From Minisyncoccia bacterium (GTDB taxonomy: Bacteria; Pseudomonadota; Gammaproteobacteria; Burkholderiales; Burkholderiaceae_D): a stretch of 64,000 nt of DNA. The stretch lies in assembly GCA_047621345.1 (NCBI GenBank), contig JBLHLW010000016.1:4592-68591 (forward strand). Reading direction: 5' to 3'. The stretch's first letter is position 1; each line of letters begins with the position of its first letter. Made by a program: the position numbers and the translations under genes. The notes under the pieces were generated by a model that was not told the DNA's origin, ran no database searches, and saw only the letters and a program-made list of their open reading frames with translations. This document shows positions 8,983-18,754 of this stretch, piece after piece.

Positions 8983-10985
8983 TGCTACGTACTTTGAGCC
9001 TGACCACCCTGATGCTGGTTGTTCCGCTGGCCGTTGCTGCGCCAGAGCGTGCGCTGGTTCCGTTGATCGATGCAGCGCAAGTTGCACCGCTGTGCCAGTC
9101 CAGCCTGACCGACTTGCGTCAGCGTGTCGCCGCCATGGTGGCGTTGCCGCCGGAGCGCGCGCGGGATGTCGCGGTCGTTCTCGACGAATGGAATCGGCTG
9201 CAGATGGCGATGCAGGATGTCGACGGTCCGCTCTCGATTCTAAGTAATGTCTCGCCGGACAAGGCCACGCGCAGCGCGATGGAAGCCTGCCTCGTTGAGC
9301 TCGGTCAGTTCGAGACCGATCTCAACCAGAATCCGGTCGTCTATGCGCAATTCAAAGGCATCACGCCGCGCGACGCCATCGAAACCAAGCTGCGTCAGGA
9401 CGTGCTCGATGGCTTCGAGGATACCGGTGCCGCGCTCGCGCCGGCGCAACAGGCGCGCCTGAAAGCGATCCTGAAACAACTCGAAGAACTCGGTCAAGCC
9501 TTCGCCCGCAACGTGCGCGACAACAGTACGCAACTGGTCTTTAGTGCACAGGAAGTCACCGGCTTGCCGGCCGATTATCTGGCGCGTGCCAAGCGCGATG
9601 ACAAGGGCAATTATTTGCTCGGTTACGCCACGCCGGAATACCTGCCGTTCATGGAGTACGCCGACGACGCCAACGCCCGCAAGCGTTATCAGGCGGCCTA
9701 CACCAATCGTGGCACCGCAGCCAATCCGCCCATGCTGAAAGAGGCAATGGCCTTGCGCCAGGAACTGGCAAGCTTGTTCGGTTTGCCGACCTATGCAGAT
9801 TTCGCGATCCGTCGCCGCATGGCAAAAACACCCGGGGCGGTCTTCACCTTCCTCGATGAAGTTCAGGCCGCCGTTACCGAGCTGGAGAAAAAAGAAATCG
9901 CCGAACTGCGCGCCTTCAAGGCCGAGACCCTGAAGACCACGCTGGCCGACACCCGCATCGACCGCTGGGACGCCGGCTACTGGCAGCAGAAATTGAAGAA
10001 GGCGCGCTACAACGTCGACCAGAATGCGCTGCGCGCGTACTTCCCGACCCCGGCTGCGCTGGCCTGGATCATGGATATTTCCTCCCGCCTGTACGGTATC
10101 AGTTTCACCCGCGTCGAGGTGCCAGTCTGGCATGCCGACGTGCAGTACTACGATGTCTTCGACACCAAATCAGCGCAACGCATCGGCGGTATCTACCTCG
10201 ATCCGTTTCCGCGTGAAGGCAAATATGGCCACGCCGCCGCCTTCGGTGTTCGCGGTGTCAGTACGCTGGCCCAGCGCACGCCGGTCTCGGTACTGCTGAC
10301 CAATTTCAATCGCACCGGCCTGTCGAGCGATGAGCTCGAAACCATGGTTCATGAATTCGGCCACGTGCTGCATGGTGTGCTGTCGCAGACCCGTTACGTG
10401 TCGCAGGCCGGTACTCGTGTCGAGCGCGATTTTGTCGAAGCGCCGTCGCAAATGTATGAAGAATGGGCCCGTCGCAAAGAGTCGCTGGGTTCGCTGGCCA
10501 ACTTCTGCAGCACGCCGTGTCCGGTCGTCGATGACGCGTTGCTGACGCGCCTGACCGCCGCGCACAACTTCGGTCGTGGCCTGCGTTACGGTCGTCAGTT
10601 GCTGTACGCGCGTTATGACATGAACGTCTACTCAGTGACCCCCGCCATGAAGGCCGGCGATCCTCTGGCGATCTGGAACACGATGGAAGCGGCGACCCCG
10701 CTCGGTCACGTCGCCGGCACCGAATTCCCCGGCCAGTTCGGCCACATCATGGGCGGTTATTCAGCCGGCTATTACGGTTACATGTGGTCCGAAGTACTGG
10801 CGCTCGACATGCTGTCGGCTTACCAGGACAAGCTGATGGACCCGGCCGTTGGCCAGCGCTACCGGCAAACTATTCTGGCCCGCGGCGGTGAAGCGCTCGG
10901 CGCCGACATGGTGCGTGAATTCCTCGGACGCGCGCCGGACAGTAAGGCATTTTTCGACGAAATTTCCGGCCAGCGGCTGCACTGA
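8979..10985 (+). CDS. M3 family (thimet/oligopeptidase A-like) zinc metallopeptidase with signal peptide
   Basis: HEFGHVLH zinc motif, DFVEAPSQMYEEW, GYSAGYYGYMWSEV. Hydrophobic N-terminus ending AVA-A. ATGA overlap with the upstream gene. Confidence 0.93.
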   Translation: MMLRTLSLTTLMLVVPLAVAAPERALVPLIDAAQVAPLCQSSLTDLRQRVAAMVALPPERARDVAVVLDEWNRLQMAMQDVDGPLSILSNVSPDKATRSAMEACLVELGQFETDLNQNPVVYAQFKGITPRDAIETKLRQDVLDGFEDTGAALAPAQQARLKAILKQLEELGQAFARNVRDNSTQLVFSAQEVTGLPADYLARAKRDDKGNYLLGYATPEYLPFMEYADDANARKRYQAAYTNRGTAANPPMLKEAMALRQELASLFGLPTYADFAIRRRMAKTPGAVFTFLDEVQAAVTELEKKEIAELRAFKAETLKTTLADTRIDRWDAGYWQQKLKKARYNVDQNALRAYFPTPAALAWIMDISSRLYGISFTRVEVPVWHADVQYYDVFDTKSAQRIGGIYLDPFPREGKYGHAAAFGVRGVSTLAQRTPVSVLLTNFNRTGLSSDELETMVHEFGHVLHGVLSQTRYVSQAGTRVERDFVEAPSQMYEEWARRKESLGSLANFCSTPCPVVDDALLTRLTAAHNFGRGLRYGRQLLYARYDMNVYSVTPAMKAGDPLAIWNTMEAATPLGHVAGTEFPGQFGHIMGGYSAGYYGYMWSEVLALDMLSAYQDKLMDPAVGQRYRQTILARGGEALGADMVREFLGRAPDSKAFFDEISGQRLH

Positions 10986-11002
10986 AAGGGCACGAGCACA
11001 CT

Positions 11003-11941
11003 ATGACTTCCTACATATTGCGGCGCCTGTGGCAAATGCTACCGACCATGCTGGGCGTGATCCTGCTGGTCTTCATGCTGTTCAACTGGGTGGGTGGCGA
11101 TCCGGCCTACATCCTGGCCGGCAAGATGTCGAACGCCGAACAGATTGCCAACATCCGCACCCAGCTTGGCATCGACCAGCCGTTCTACGTGCAGCTATGG
11201 ATTTTCATCAAGCAGATCGTCACCTTCGATTTCGGCAGTAGCTGGAGCACCGGCGAAAAAGTCTCCAGCGTGATCCTGTCGCGCCTTGGGCCATCGCTCA
11301 CCGTACTCATTCCATTGACCATCCTCGAAACCGTGATCGCCATCGGCCTGGCGCTGGGTATTGCCTTTGTGCGCGGGTCACTCACTGACCGCGCCGTGAT
11401 GGTGGCTTGTACCGTCGGTATGTCCATCAGCATTTTGGTCTACATCATCGTGTTCCAGTACTTCTTTGCCTACAAGCTCGGCATGTTCCCGGTGCAGGGT
11501 TGGGGCGATAACTTCCTCGAAAACCTGTTCAAGTATGCGCTGCTGCCTATCCTCATTGGTCTGGCCGTCAGCGTGGCGCCGACGTTGCGCTTGTTCCGTA
11601 CCTTCGTGCTCGATGAAGTCAATCAGGATTACGTGCGCACCGCGCGTGCCAAGGGCGTTTCCGAGCGCCGCATCCTGTGGGTGCATGTATTGCGCAACGC
11701 GGCTATTCCGATCATCACGCACGTGATGTCGAACTTGCCTGCACTGCTGATCGGCGCCTTCCTGATCGAACGCTTTTTCTCGATCCCGGGGATTGGTCGC
11801 GAAGTCATTCTGGCTGTTGAGCGCAGCGACTTCCCGGTCATCAAGGCGATCACTGTCTACGTCGCCGCCGCCACGATGATCTTCAATTTGCTCACGGACT
11901 TGCTGTATCAGGCCGTTGATCCACGCGTACAACTGAAGTAG
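11003..11941 (+). CDS. Peptide ABC transporter permease (OppB/DppB-like)
   Basis: YILRRL start, DYVRTARAKG EAA loop, HVLRNA, RDFPVI-type C-terminus. Confidence 0.93.
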   Translation: MTSYILRRLWQMLPTMLGVILLVFMLFNWVGGDPAYILAGKMSNAEQIANIRTQLGIDQPFYVQLWIFIKQIVTFDFGSSWSTGEKVSSVILSRLGPSLTVLIPLTILETVIAIGLALGIAFVRGSLTDRAVMVACTVGMSISILVYIIVFQYFFAYKLGMFPVQGWGDNFLENLFKYALLPILIGLAVSVAPTLRLFRTFVLDEVNQDYVRTARAKGVSERRILWVHVLRNAAIPIITHVMSNLPALLIGAFLIERFFSIPGIGREVILAVERSDFPVIKAITVYVAAATMIFNLLTDLLYQAVDPRVQLK

Positions 11942-11952
11942 GAACCGGATTC

Positions 11953-13083
11953 ATGACACAGATCGAATCACAAATTGCACCCGGCATGTCGCCAGGACTG
12001 TGGGTGCTGGCATGGCGCCGGTTGCGCGCCGACACCGTCGCCATGGTGGCGCTGGCCATCGTGGTCGCCTATCTGGTGACGCTGGCGCTGTCGGCCACCG
12101 GATTGGTGGCGTCCAACTGGGCCGACGAAGTCGGCGTCAATTACGCACCACCGACGTTCATGGGGCCGCAATCAGCTGCCGAACGCGGCGCCTCGCCGAT
12201 CGAGCCGGGTCTGCCGGCACTGCCGCCGGAGAACCCGCTCGATCCGTTGAAAGACATCATCCGCGAGCTGCGTGCCCAAACGGCGTCGCCGCAACCGGTG
12301 ATCGTTAATGACTACGGTATCCCCGATCCGATTGGTCCGGAGCTGGCCGAAGTACGGGCCGAACTGGCCAAGGGCGGTGCCGCCAAAGAAGTCGTGGCGC
12401 GCAAGCAAACGCTGCCATTCGGTGCCGACAAGTGGGGCCACGACATCATTCAAAAAACCATCAAGGGCGCTGAAACCTCGATCGTCGTCGGTCTGGTCGC
12501 CGCCGTGCTGGCGACCTTTCTCGGGACGATTTTTGGCGCCTTCTCGGGCTACTTCGGCGGCAAGGTCGATGACTTGTTCAACTGGTTCTACAGCATCTTC
12601 ACGTCGGTGCCGTACCTGTTGCTGATCCTTGCCGTGGCCGCCGTACTCCAGCAAAAAGGCGTCGTCACCATCGTGCTGATTCTTGGATTGACTGGCTGGA
12701 CTGGCACATATCGCCTGATCCGCGCCGAGTACCTCAAGCACAAGAACCGCGAATACGTCTGGGCAGCCGATGCGATTGGCGCGTCGCACATGCGCAAGAT
12801 GTTCACGCATATTTTCCCGAACGTCAGCCACGTCGCGCTGGTGCAGGTGTCGATCCTGGTGGTGGGTTTTATCAAGGCCGAAGTGATCCTGAGCTTTCTG
12901 GGTTTCGGCGTGCCGGTCGGTACCGTCTCGTGGGGCAGCATGCTCAATGAAGCACAGAACGAACTGATCCTCGGCAAGTGGTGGCAACTGGTGGCGGCGA
13001 GTGCCGCGATGGCGCTACTGGTGACAGCGTTCTCGCTGTTTACCGACGCGTTGCGCGATGCGCTTGATCCGAAGCTCAAATAG
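11953..13083 (+). CDS. Peptide ABC transporter permease (OppC/DppC-like) with a long periplasmic insert
   Basis: WRRLR N-terminus, LPFGADKWGHD motif, REYVWAADAIG EAA loop, DALRDALDPK end. Confidence 0.92.
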   Translation: MTQIESQIAPGMSPGLWVLAWRRLRADTVAMVALAIVVAYLVTLALSATGLVASNWADEVGVNYAPPTFMGPQSAAERGASPIEPGLPALPPENPLDPLKDIIRELRAQTASPQPVIVNDYGIPDPIGPELAEVRAELAKGGAAKEVVARKQTLPFGADKWGHDIIQKTIKGAETSIVVGLVAAVLATFLGTIFGAFSGYFGGKVDDLFNWFYSIFTSVPYLLLILAVAAVLQQKGVVTIVLILGLTGWTGTYRLIRAEYLKHKNREYVWAADAIGASHMRKMFTHIFPNVSHVALVQVSILVVGFIKAEVILSFLGFGVPVGTVSWGSMLNEAQNELILGKWWQLVAASAAMALLVTAFSLFTDALRDALDPKLK

Positions 13084-13085
13084 GA

Positions 13086-14780
13086 ATGACGATGACCTCC
13101 CCCCTGCTCTCCGTAAAGAACCTGCGCGTCAGTTTTTATACCGACAAGACCCACAGCGTCGAAGCCGTCAAGGGCATCTCGTTCGACATTCCGCGTAATG
13201 CCACCATCGCGCTGGTCGGCGAATCCGGTAGCGGCAAGTCGGTCAGTTCGCTGGCCGTGATGGGGTTGCTGTCGCCCGATAATTCCTTTGTCGATCCGGC
13301 TAGTGTCATCGAATTCGAGGGGCGCAACTTGCTGGCCCTGTCGATTGCCGAACGACGCAACCTGTGCGGCAAGGAAATCTCGATGATTTTCCAGGAGCCG
13401 ATGACCTCATTGAATCCGGTCTTCACGGTCGGTTTTCAGATTGCCGAAGTGCTCAAGCTGCACATGAACATGGATAGCCGGCAGGCGCGCGTGCGCACGC
13501 TGGCATTGCTCGAAGAAGTCGGCATTCCATCGCCGTTGACCAAGATCGACGACTATCCGAGCCAGCTCTCGGGCGGCCAGCAACAGCGCGTGATGATCGC
13601 GATGGCGATTGCCTGCGAACCGAAGCTACTCATTGCCGACGAGCCAACCACCGCACTCGATGTGACGATCCAGAAGCAGATCATCGACTTGCTCGACGCG
13701 CTGCGCAAGAAGCGTCAGATGTCGGTGCTGTTCATCACGCATGACCTCGCGCTGGTGGGCGAAATTGCCGATGCCGTCATCGTCATGCGCAATGGTGAAG
13801 TGCGCGAAAAAGGCGAGATCCATCAGATCTTCGAAGCGCCGAAAGACCCGTACACGAAAGCCTTGCTGCGCTGCCGGCCATCGCTCGACGAACGCCCGAT
13901 GCGCTTGCCGGTGATTGCCGATTACCTCGAAGGCGATGGCGAACCGGCCGGCTTGCTCGAGCAGCGCAGCCGTGGGCTGACCGGCAGCGAAGACATCGTG
14001 CTCGATGTGCGCAACCTCGGCAAAAGTTTTTACACCCGTGAGGGCCTGTTCGGGCGCAAGGAATTCAAGGCTGTCAGCGATGTCTCGTTCAAGCTGGCGC
14101 GTGGCAAGACGCTGGGCGTGGTCGGCGAATCTGGCTCCGGCAAGACCACGGTCGGGCTGACGCTGCTGCGCTTGCATCAGGCCACTTCAGGCCAGGCGCT
14201 GTTTGACGGCAAGGATATTCTGGCCATGTCGAACAAGGAATTCATGGCCTACAAGCGGCGCATCCAGATCATTTTCCAGAACCCGTATGCCTCGCTCAAT
14301 CCACGTTTCACGGTCGGCCAGATCTTGCTTGAACCGATGCAGATCCACGCCATCGGCCGCGACGACAAGGAGCGGGTCGGCATGGCCTACGCGCTGCTGA
14401 AAAAAGTCGGTTTGCCGGAAGCGGCCTTCCATCGCTATCCGCATGAATTTTCGGGGGGGCAGCGCCAGCGTATTGCGATCGCGCGCTGCCTGACCTTGAA
14501 GCCCGAAGTGCTGGTCTGCGATGAGTCGGTATCGGCGCTCGATGTCTCGGTGCAGGCCCAGGTGCTCAACTTGCTGCAGGATTTGCAGGAAGAATTCAAC
14601 ATGAGCTACATCTTCATTTCGCATGACCTCGCGGTGGTCAAGTACATCGCCGATCAGGTGATGGTGATGAATCAGGGCAGCGTGGTCGAACTGGCCAATT
14701 CCGACGAGCTGTACCGCAATCCGCAGCATGCTTATACGCGCACCTTGTTGAGTGCGATACCGAAGGGGTTGAAACATTGA
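13086..14780 (+). CDS. Fused dual-domain peptide ABC ATPase
   Basis: Two Walker A motifs ([16 protein letters not shown]), two signatures ([16 protein letters not shown]), HPYT-like oligopeptide-type tails. Confidence 0.95.
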   Translation: MTMTSPLLSVKNLRVSFYTDKTHSVEAVKGISFDIPRNATIALVGESGSGKSVSSLAVMGLLSPDNSFVDPASVIEFEGRNLLALSIAERRNLCGKEISMIFQEPMTSLNPVFTVGFQIAEVLKLHMNMDSRQARVRTLALLEEVGIPSPLTKIDDYPSQLSGGQQQRVMIAMAIACEPKLLIADEPTTALDVTIQKQIIDLLDALRKKRQMSVLFITHDLALVGEIADAVIVMRNGEVREKGEIHQIFEAPKDPYTKALLRCRPSLDERPMRLPVIADYLEGDGEPAGLLEQRSRGLTGSEDIVLDVRNLGKSFYTREGLFGRKEFKAVSDVSFKLARGKTLGVVGESGSGKTTVGLTLLRLHQATSGQALFDGKDILAMSNKEFMAYKRRIQIIFQNPYASLNPRFTVGQILLEPMQIHAIGRDDKERVGMAYALLKKVGLPEAAFHRYPHEFSGGQRQRIAIARCLTLKPEVLVCDESVSALDVSVQAQVLNLLQDLQEEFNMSYIFISHDLAVVKYIADQVMVMNQGSVVELANSDELYRNPQHAYTRTLLSAIPKGLKH

Positions 14781-14957
14781 AGTTTTAAGCGGTGAAGCGC
14801 CCGGCGTCCTGTTGTCACGCCGTGCCGGTTTCAGGTCGCTGCGGCACACATTTGCAACAGGTCGCGTATCATCACGGCGCTATCGGACGTCAATGCTGAA
14901 ATGACGCTTGCCGACGCCGGAACCTTCCCTTTTTACTAATTAGAGCCTTTAACTGTC

Positions 14958-15731
14958 ATGAGCAATATGAACGAAGAGCGCGTGCTGAGCGTGCATCACT
15001 GGACCGACCGGTTGTTTTCCTTTACCACCACGCGCAGCCCGTCGCTGCGTTTTTCCAACGGCCACTTCACGATGATTGGCCTGCGCATCAACGACAAACC
15101 GTTGTTGCGCGCGTACAGCATTGCCAGTGCCAATTACGAAGACCATCTCGAATTCCTGAGCATCAAGGTCGATGGCGGCCCGCTGACTTCGCACCTGAAA
15201 AACATCCAGGTGGGCGATCCGGTGATCGTCGGTCATAAGCCGACCGGTACGCTGGTCGTCGACTATCTGTTGCCCGGCAAGCGGCTTTACATGCTCTCGA
15301 CTGGCACCGGGCTGGCACCGTTCATGAGCATCGTGCGCGACCCCGAAATTTACGAAAAATTTGACCAGGTCGTGCTGGTGCATGGCGTGCGTCAGGTCGA
15401 TGAGCTGGCTTATCACGACATGCTGCTCGAACACTTGCCGAATCATGAATTGATCGGCGAACTGGTATCGAGCAAATTGCGTTATTACCCAACCGTCACG
15501 CGTGAGTCTTTCCGTAACAACGGACGGGTGACCGATCTGATCGAGAGCGGCAAGCTGTTCGAGGACCTGGAAGTGCCACCTTTTGACCCGGCAGTTGATC
15601 GCGTCATGATCTGCGGCAGCGCCGACATGCTGCGTGACCTCAAGGTCATTTTGGAAGCCCGCGGGTTCAAGGAAGGTAACACCTCGATACCGGGCGATTT
15701 TGTTATTGAACGGGCGTTTGCGGAAAAATAA
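14958..15731 (+). CDS. fpr: Ferredoxin--NADP+ reductase
   Basis: RAYSIAS FAD motif, GGPLTS, TGTGLAPF, MICGS, ERAF C-terminus. Confidence 0.96.
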   Translation: MSNMNEERVLSVHHWTDRLFSFTTTRSPSLRFSNGHFTMIGLRINDKPLLRAYSIASANYEDHLEFLSIKVDGGPLTSHLKNIQVGDPVIVGHKPTGTLVVDYLLPGKRLYMLSTGTGLAPFMSIVRDPEIYEKFDQVVLVHGVRQVDELAYHDMLLEHLPNHELIGELVSSKLRYYPTVTRESFRNNGRVTDLIESGKLFEDLEVPPFDPAVDRVMICGSADMLRDLKVILEARGFKEGNTSIPGDFVIERAFAEK

Positions 15732-15893
15732 AGCGCGCGGTTGTGTCTGCAATCCGCAAGCAGAGTCAGAGTGATTTCCGCGCCGTAGCGTTGAGAAATA
15801 AAGCGATGATTCTGGTTGCGGCCGTTGTGGTGTGCGGCGATTAAAAAAACGTTCTGCTGCGTCATTTTTTCTGAACTTTCGAGGCCTCCATTC

Positions 15894-17327
15894 ATGTTCG
15901 ACACACTGCGTCACCTCTTCAAGACCCTCGCTCCCGCGGTCGACTTTTGCTCACTGCGAATAGTCGACGAATCTGGCGAGCAGATCACCGTCCGCCAGAA
16001 CATCCTGCAACCACTGACCACCAGCATCGACCGGGGTGCAATGGTCACCATCATCCATCGCGGTGGTTACGGCTACGCCGCCACCAGCGACTTGAGCAGT
16101 GCCGGTCTGAAAGACGCAATAGCCCGCGCGCAGGCATGGGCCGCCGCCAGCGCCGGGCGCTCGGTGGTCGATTATTCGGCGATCACGATGCCGCATCCGG
16201 TGGGTCATTACGCCAGCGTCCCCAGTGCCAGCACCAATCGCAAGGACCTGATCGCGCTGCTGATGCAAGAGTCGCAGGCCTGCCAGATCGATGCGCGCAT
16301 TGTCGACTGGTCGGCTTCGGTCGGCACCATCACCACGCATCAGTTGTACCTGACCAGCGGCGGTGGCGACCTCGAACAACAGTTCCGCTACGTGATTCCG
16401 AACTTATCCGTGACGGCCAATGAGGGTGCTGAAACGCAGACCCGCAGCCTGGGCGGCCAGTACAACGGTTACTGTCGGCAGGGTGGTCTCGAAGTACTGG
16501 CCGATGCCAGTTTTTATGGCAGCGGCGCACGTGTGGCAAGGGAGGCGATTGCCTTGCTGTCCGCGCCGAACTGTCCTAGCGGCTCGATGGATGTGCTGCT
16601 GATGCCGGAACAGATGATGTTGCAGATCCACGAGTCGATCGGTCATCCGATCGAACTTGACCGCATCCTTGGCGACGAGCGCAATTTTGCCGGCACCAGC
16701 TTCGTCACGCTCGACATGTTCGGCACCTTCCAGTACGGCTCGCCACTGCTCAACGTGAGCTACGATCCGACCCGCAGCGAACAGTTCGCCAGCTACGGCT
16801 GGGACGACGAAGGCCATCCGGCGGAGAAGACTTACGTGATCCGCAACGGCGTACTGGAACGTCCGCTGGGTGGCGCGATTTCGCAGGCCCGCGCCGGTAT
16901 CGACGGCGTCGCCAATGCGCGCGCTTGCAGCTGGAATCGGGCGCCGATCGACCGCATGGCCAACCTCAATATCGAACCCGGCAACAGCACGCTCAACGAC
17001 ATGATCGGCTCGGTCGAGCGCGGCGTGCTGATGGATACCAATGTCTCGTGGTCGATCGATGACTCGCGCAACAAGTTCCAGTTCGGTTGCGAAACTGGCC
17101 AGCTCATCGTTGATGGCGAGCTTAAGGGGATGGTCAGGAATCCGAATTATCGCGGCATCTCGGAGTCCTTCTGGCGCTCGCTGAAAGCCGTTGGCAATGC
17201 CGCTACCGTCGATGTGATGGGCACGCCGTTTTGCGGCAAGGGTGAGCCCTCGCAAGTGATCCGGGTCGGCCATGCGTCACCGGCCTGCTTGTTTGCCAAT
17301 GTCGATGTGTTTGGCGGAGAAGCCTGA
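15894..17327 (+). CDS. tldD: TldD-family metalloprotease
   Basis: HESIGH zinc motif, WDDEG, RMANLNIEPG, CGKGEPSQ. Start placed at the ATG at 15894. Confidence 0.9.
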   Translation: MFDTLRHLFKTLAPAVDFCSLRIVDESGEQITVRQNILQPLTTSIDRGAMVTIIHRGGYGYAATSDLSSAGLKDAIARAQAWAAASAGRSVVDYSAITMPHPVGHYASVPSASTNRKDLIALLMQESQACQIDARIVDWSASVGTITTHQLYLTSGGGDLEQQFRYVIPNLSVTANEGAETQTRSLGGQYNGYCRQGGLEVLADASFYGSGARVAREAIALLSAPNCPSGSMDVLLMPEQMMLQIHESIGHPIELDRILGDERNFAGTSFVTLDMFGTFQYGSPLLNVSYDPTRSEQFASYGWDDEGHPAEKTYVIRNGVLERPLGGAISQARAGIDGVANARACSWNRAPIDRMANLNIEPGNSTLNDMIGSVERGVLMDTNVSWSIDDSRNKFQFGCETGQLIVDGELKGMVRNPNYRGISESFWRSLKAVGNAATVDVMGTPFCGKGEPSQVIRVGHASPACLFANVDVFGGEA

Positions 17328-18649
17328 TGAAAACCTATTTTTACCAATTGGCTGATTTCGTCAGCGCACGCCTGCAGGGCAACGAACAATATCAATGCTG
17401 GTACTCGGCCGAGGCCTCGGACTTCGTGCGCTTTAATCGCAGTGCGATCCGCCAGAGTGGTCATGTGCGACAAGCCGCGCTGACCCTGCATCTGATTGAT
17501 GGTCGTCGTCACGGTTCGGCCACGGCGGCACTGACCGGGCACATTGAGGCCGACAGCGCGACCATCGAACAGTTGATGGCAACACTGCGCGCGCAATTGC
17601 CCGATCTGCCGGAAGACCCGCATTTGCTGGTCGCCACTGAAGTCCACTCGACTGAATTCATCGAACCGTCGCGCCTGCCGGAGGCGGCAGTCATCGTCGA
17701 TCAGGTACTGCGTGCCGCCACGGGCGTCGACCTCGTTGGCATCCTTGCGATGGGCCCGATGATGCGCGGTTTCGCGAATGCGGCCGGGCAGCGCAACTGG
17801 CATCAGAGCGCCACCTTCAACCTTGGCTGGAGTCTCTATCAAAGTCGCGACAAGGCGGTCAAGTGTGCCTATGCCGGCAGTGACTGGAGCAGTCTTGAAT
17901 TCGCCGCAAAAATGCAGGACGCAACCGCCCAGCTGGCGATGCTGCAACGCACGCCGGTCACGGTCAAGCCAGGCGGCTATCGCGCGTTCCTGACGCCGAC
18001 GGCGCTGCAGGAAATCATCGGCATGTTCAACTGGGATGGCCTGTCGGAGAAGTCGTTGCGTACGCACCAGAGTGCATTGCGGCGCATGCGCGACGACGGG
18101 CTGCGCCTCAATCCGGCGATCACGCTGTGCGAAGACACGCTGGGCGGCGTCGCGCCGGGTTTCGGTGCCGACGGCTTCATCAAGCCGCCACGCACTGCGC
18201 TGATCGAGCAAGGCGTGCTGACCGGCAGCATGATTTCTCCGCGCACGGCGATGGAATACGGACTCGTCAACAACGGTGCCGGCAGCAGTGAAGCGATGGT
18301 GTCGATGGATCTTGCCGGGGGCACGCTGCCGATGGCGAGCGCGCTGGCCGAACTGGGTACCGGGATTTTTGTCAGCAATCTCTGGTACCTGAATTTTTCG
18401 GATCGGGCCAGTTGCCGGATTACCGGCATGACCCGCTTTGCGACGTTCTGGGTCGAGGATGGCGAGATCAAGGCGCCGCTCAATGTGATGCGCTTTGATG
18501 AGTCGGTGTTCCGTCTGCTGGGCGATAAATTACTGGCGTTGACGACCGAGCGCGAATTGTTGATCGATAGCGATTCGTGGGGCGAGCGGGCCAATGGCAG
18601 CGCGCGCTTGCCGGGCGCGCTTGTGAAGGATTTCATGTTCGTGTTGTAA
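17327..18649 (+). CDS. TldE/PmbA-family partner subunit
   Basis: TGATG overlap with tldD; FVRFNRSAIRQ, TGMTRFATFWVEDGEI, MRFDES motifs; no HExxH. Confidence 0.87.
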   Translation: MKTYFYQLADFVSARLQGNEQYQCWYSAEASDFVRFNRSAIRQSGHVRQAALTLHLIDGRRHGSATAALTGHIEADSATIEQLMATLRAQLPDLPEDPHLLVATEVHSTEFIEPSRLPEAAVIVDQVLRAATGVDLVGILAMGPMMRGFANAAGQRNWHQSATFNLGWSLYQSRDKAVKCAYAGSDWSSLEFAAKMQDATAQLAMLQRTPVTVKPGGYRAFLTPTALQEIIGMFNWDGLSEKSLRTHQSALRRMRDDGLRLNPAITLCEDTLGGVAPGFGADGFIKPPRTALIEQGVLTGSMISPRTAMEYGLVNNGAGSSEAMVSMDLAGGTLPMASALAELGTGIFVSNLWYLNFSDRASCRITGMTRFATFWVEDGEIKAPLNVMRFDESVFRLLGDKLLALTTERELLIDSDSWGERANGSARLPGALVKDFMFVL

Positions 18650-18676
18650 TGTTTTAGAGCGCACGCGTGGGCCACC

Positions 18677-18707
18677 GTAGGGTGGGCACGGTTTTTGTGC
18701 CCACGCG
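18677..18707 (+). repeat. REP family 1
   Basis: GTAGGGTGGGCACGGTTTTTGTGCCCACGCG; the flanks also resemble those of the copy at 7042. Confidence 0.85.
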
Positions 18708-18754
18708 CGCGCCCCACCGTCACGCTTATCCATCTCTGACCGGCCACAATAACC

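Noticed and set aside
14842-14856. sigma54-like CGGCACACATTTGCA upstream of fpr
   Set aside because: The GG-to-GC spacing is 9 nt, not the strict 10.
14958-15731. fpr as part of a Fus-like ferredoxin-piracy system with the receptor and peptidase
   Set aside because: The peptidase is M3, not M16; there is no Fur box; and fpr is a common housekeeping gene separated by a 177-nt gap. Kept only as an analogy.
15806-15844. 12-codon ORF (MILVAAVVVCGD) as a RiPP precursor for TldDE
   Set aside because: Too short, no convincing RBS, no leader/core structure, and no modifying enzymes nearby.
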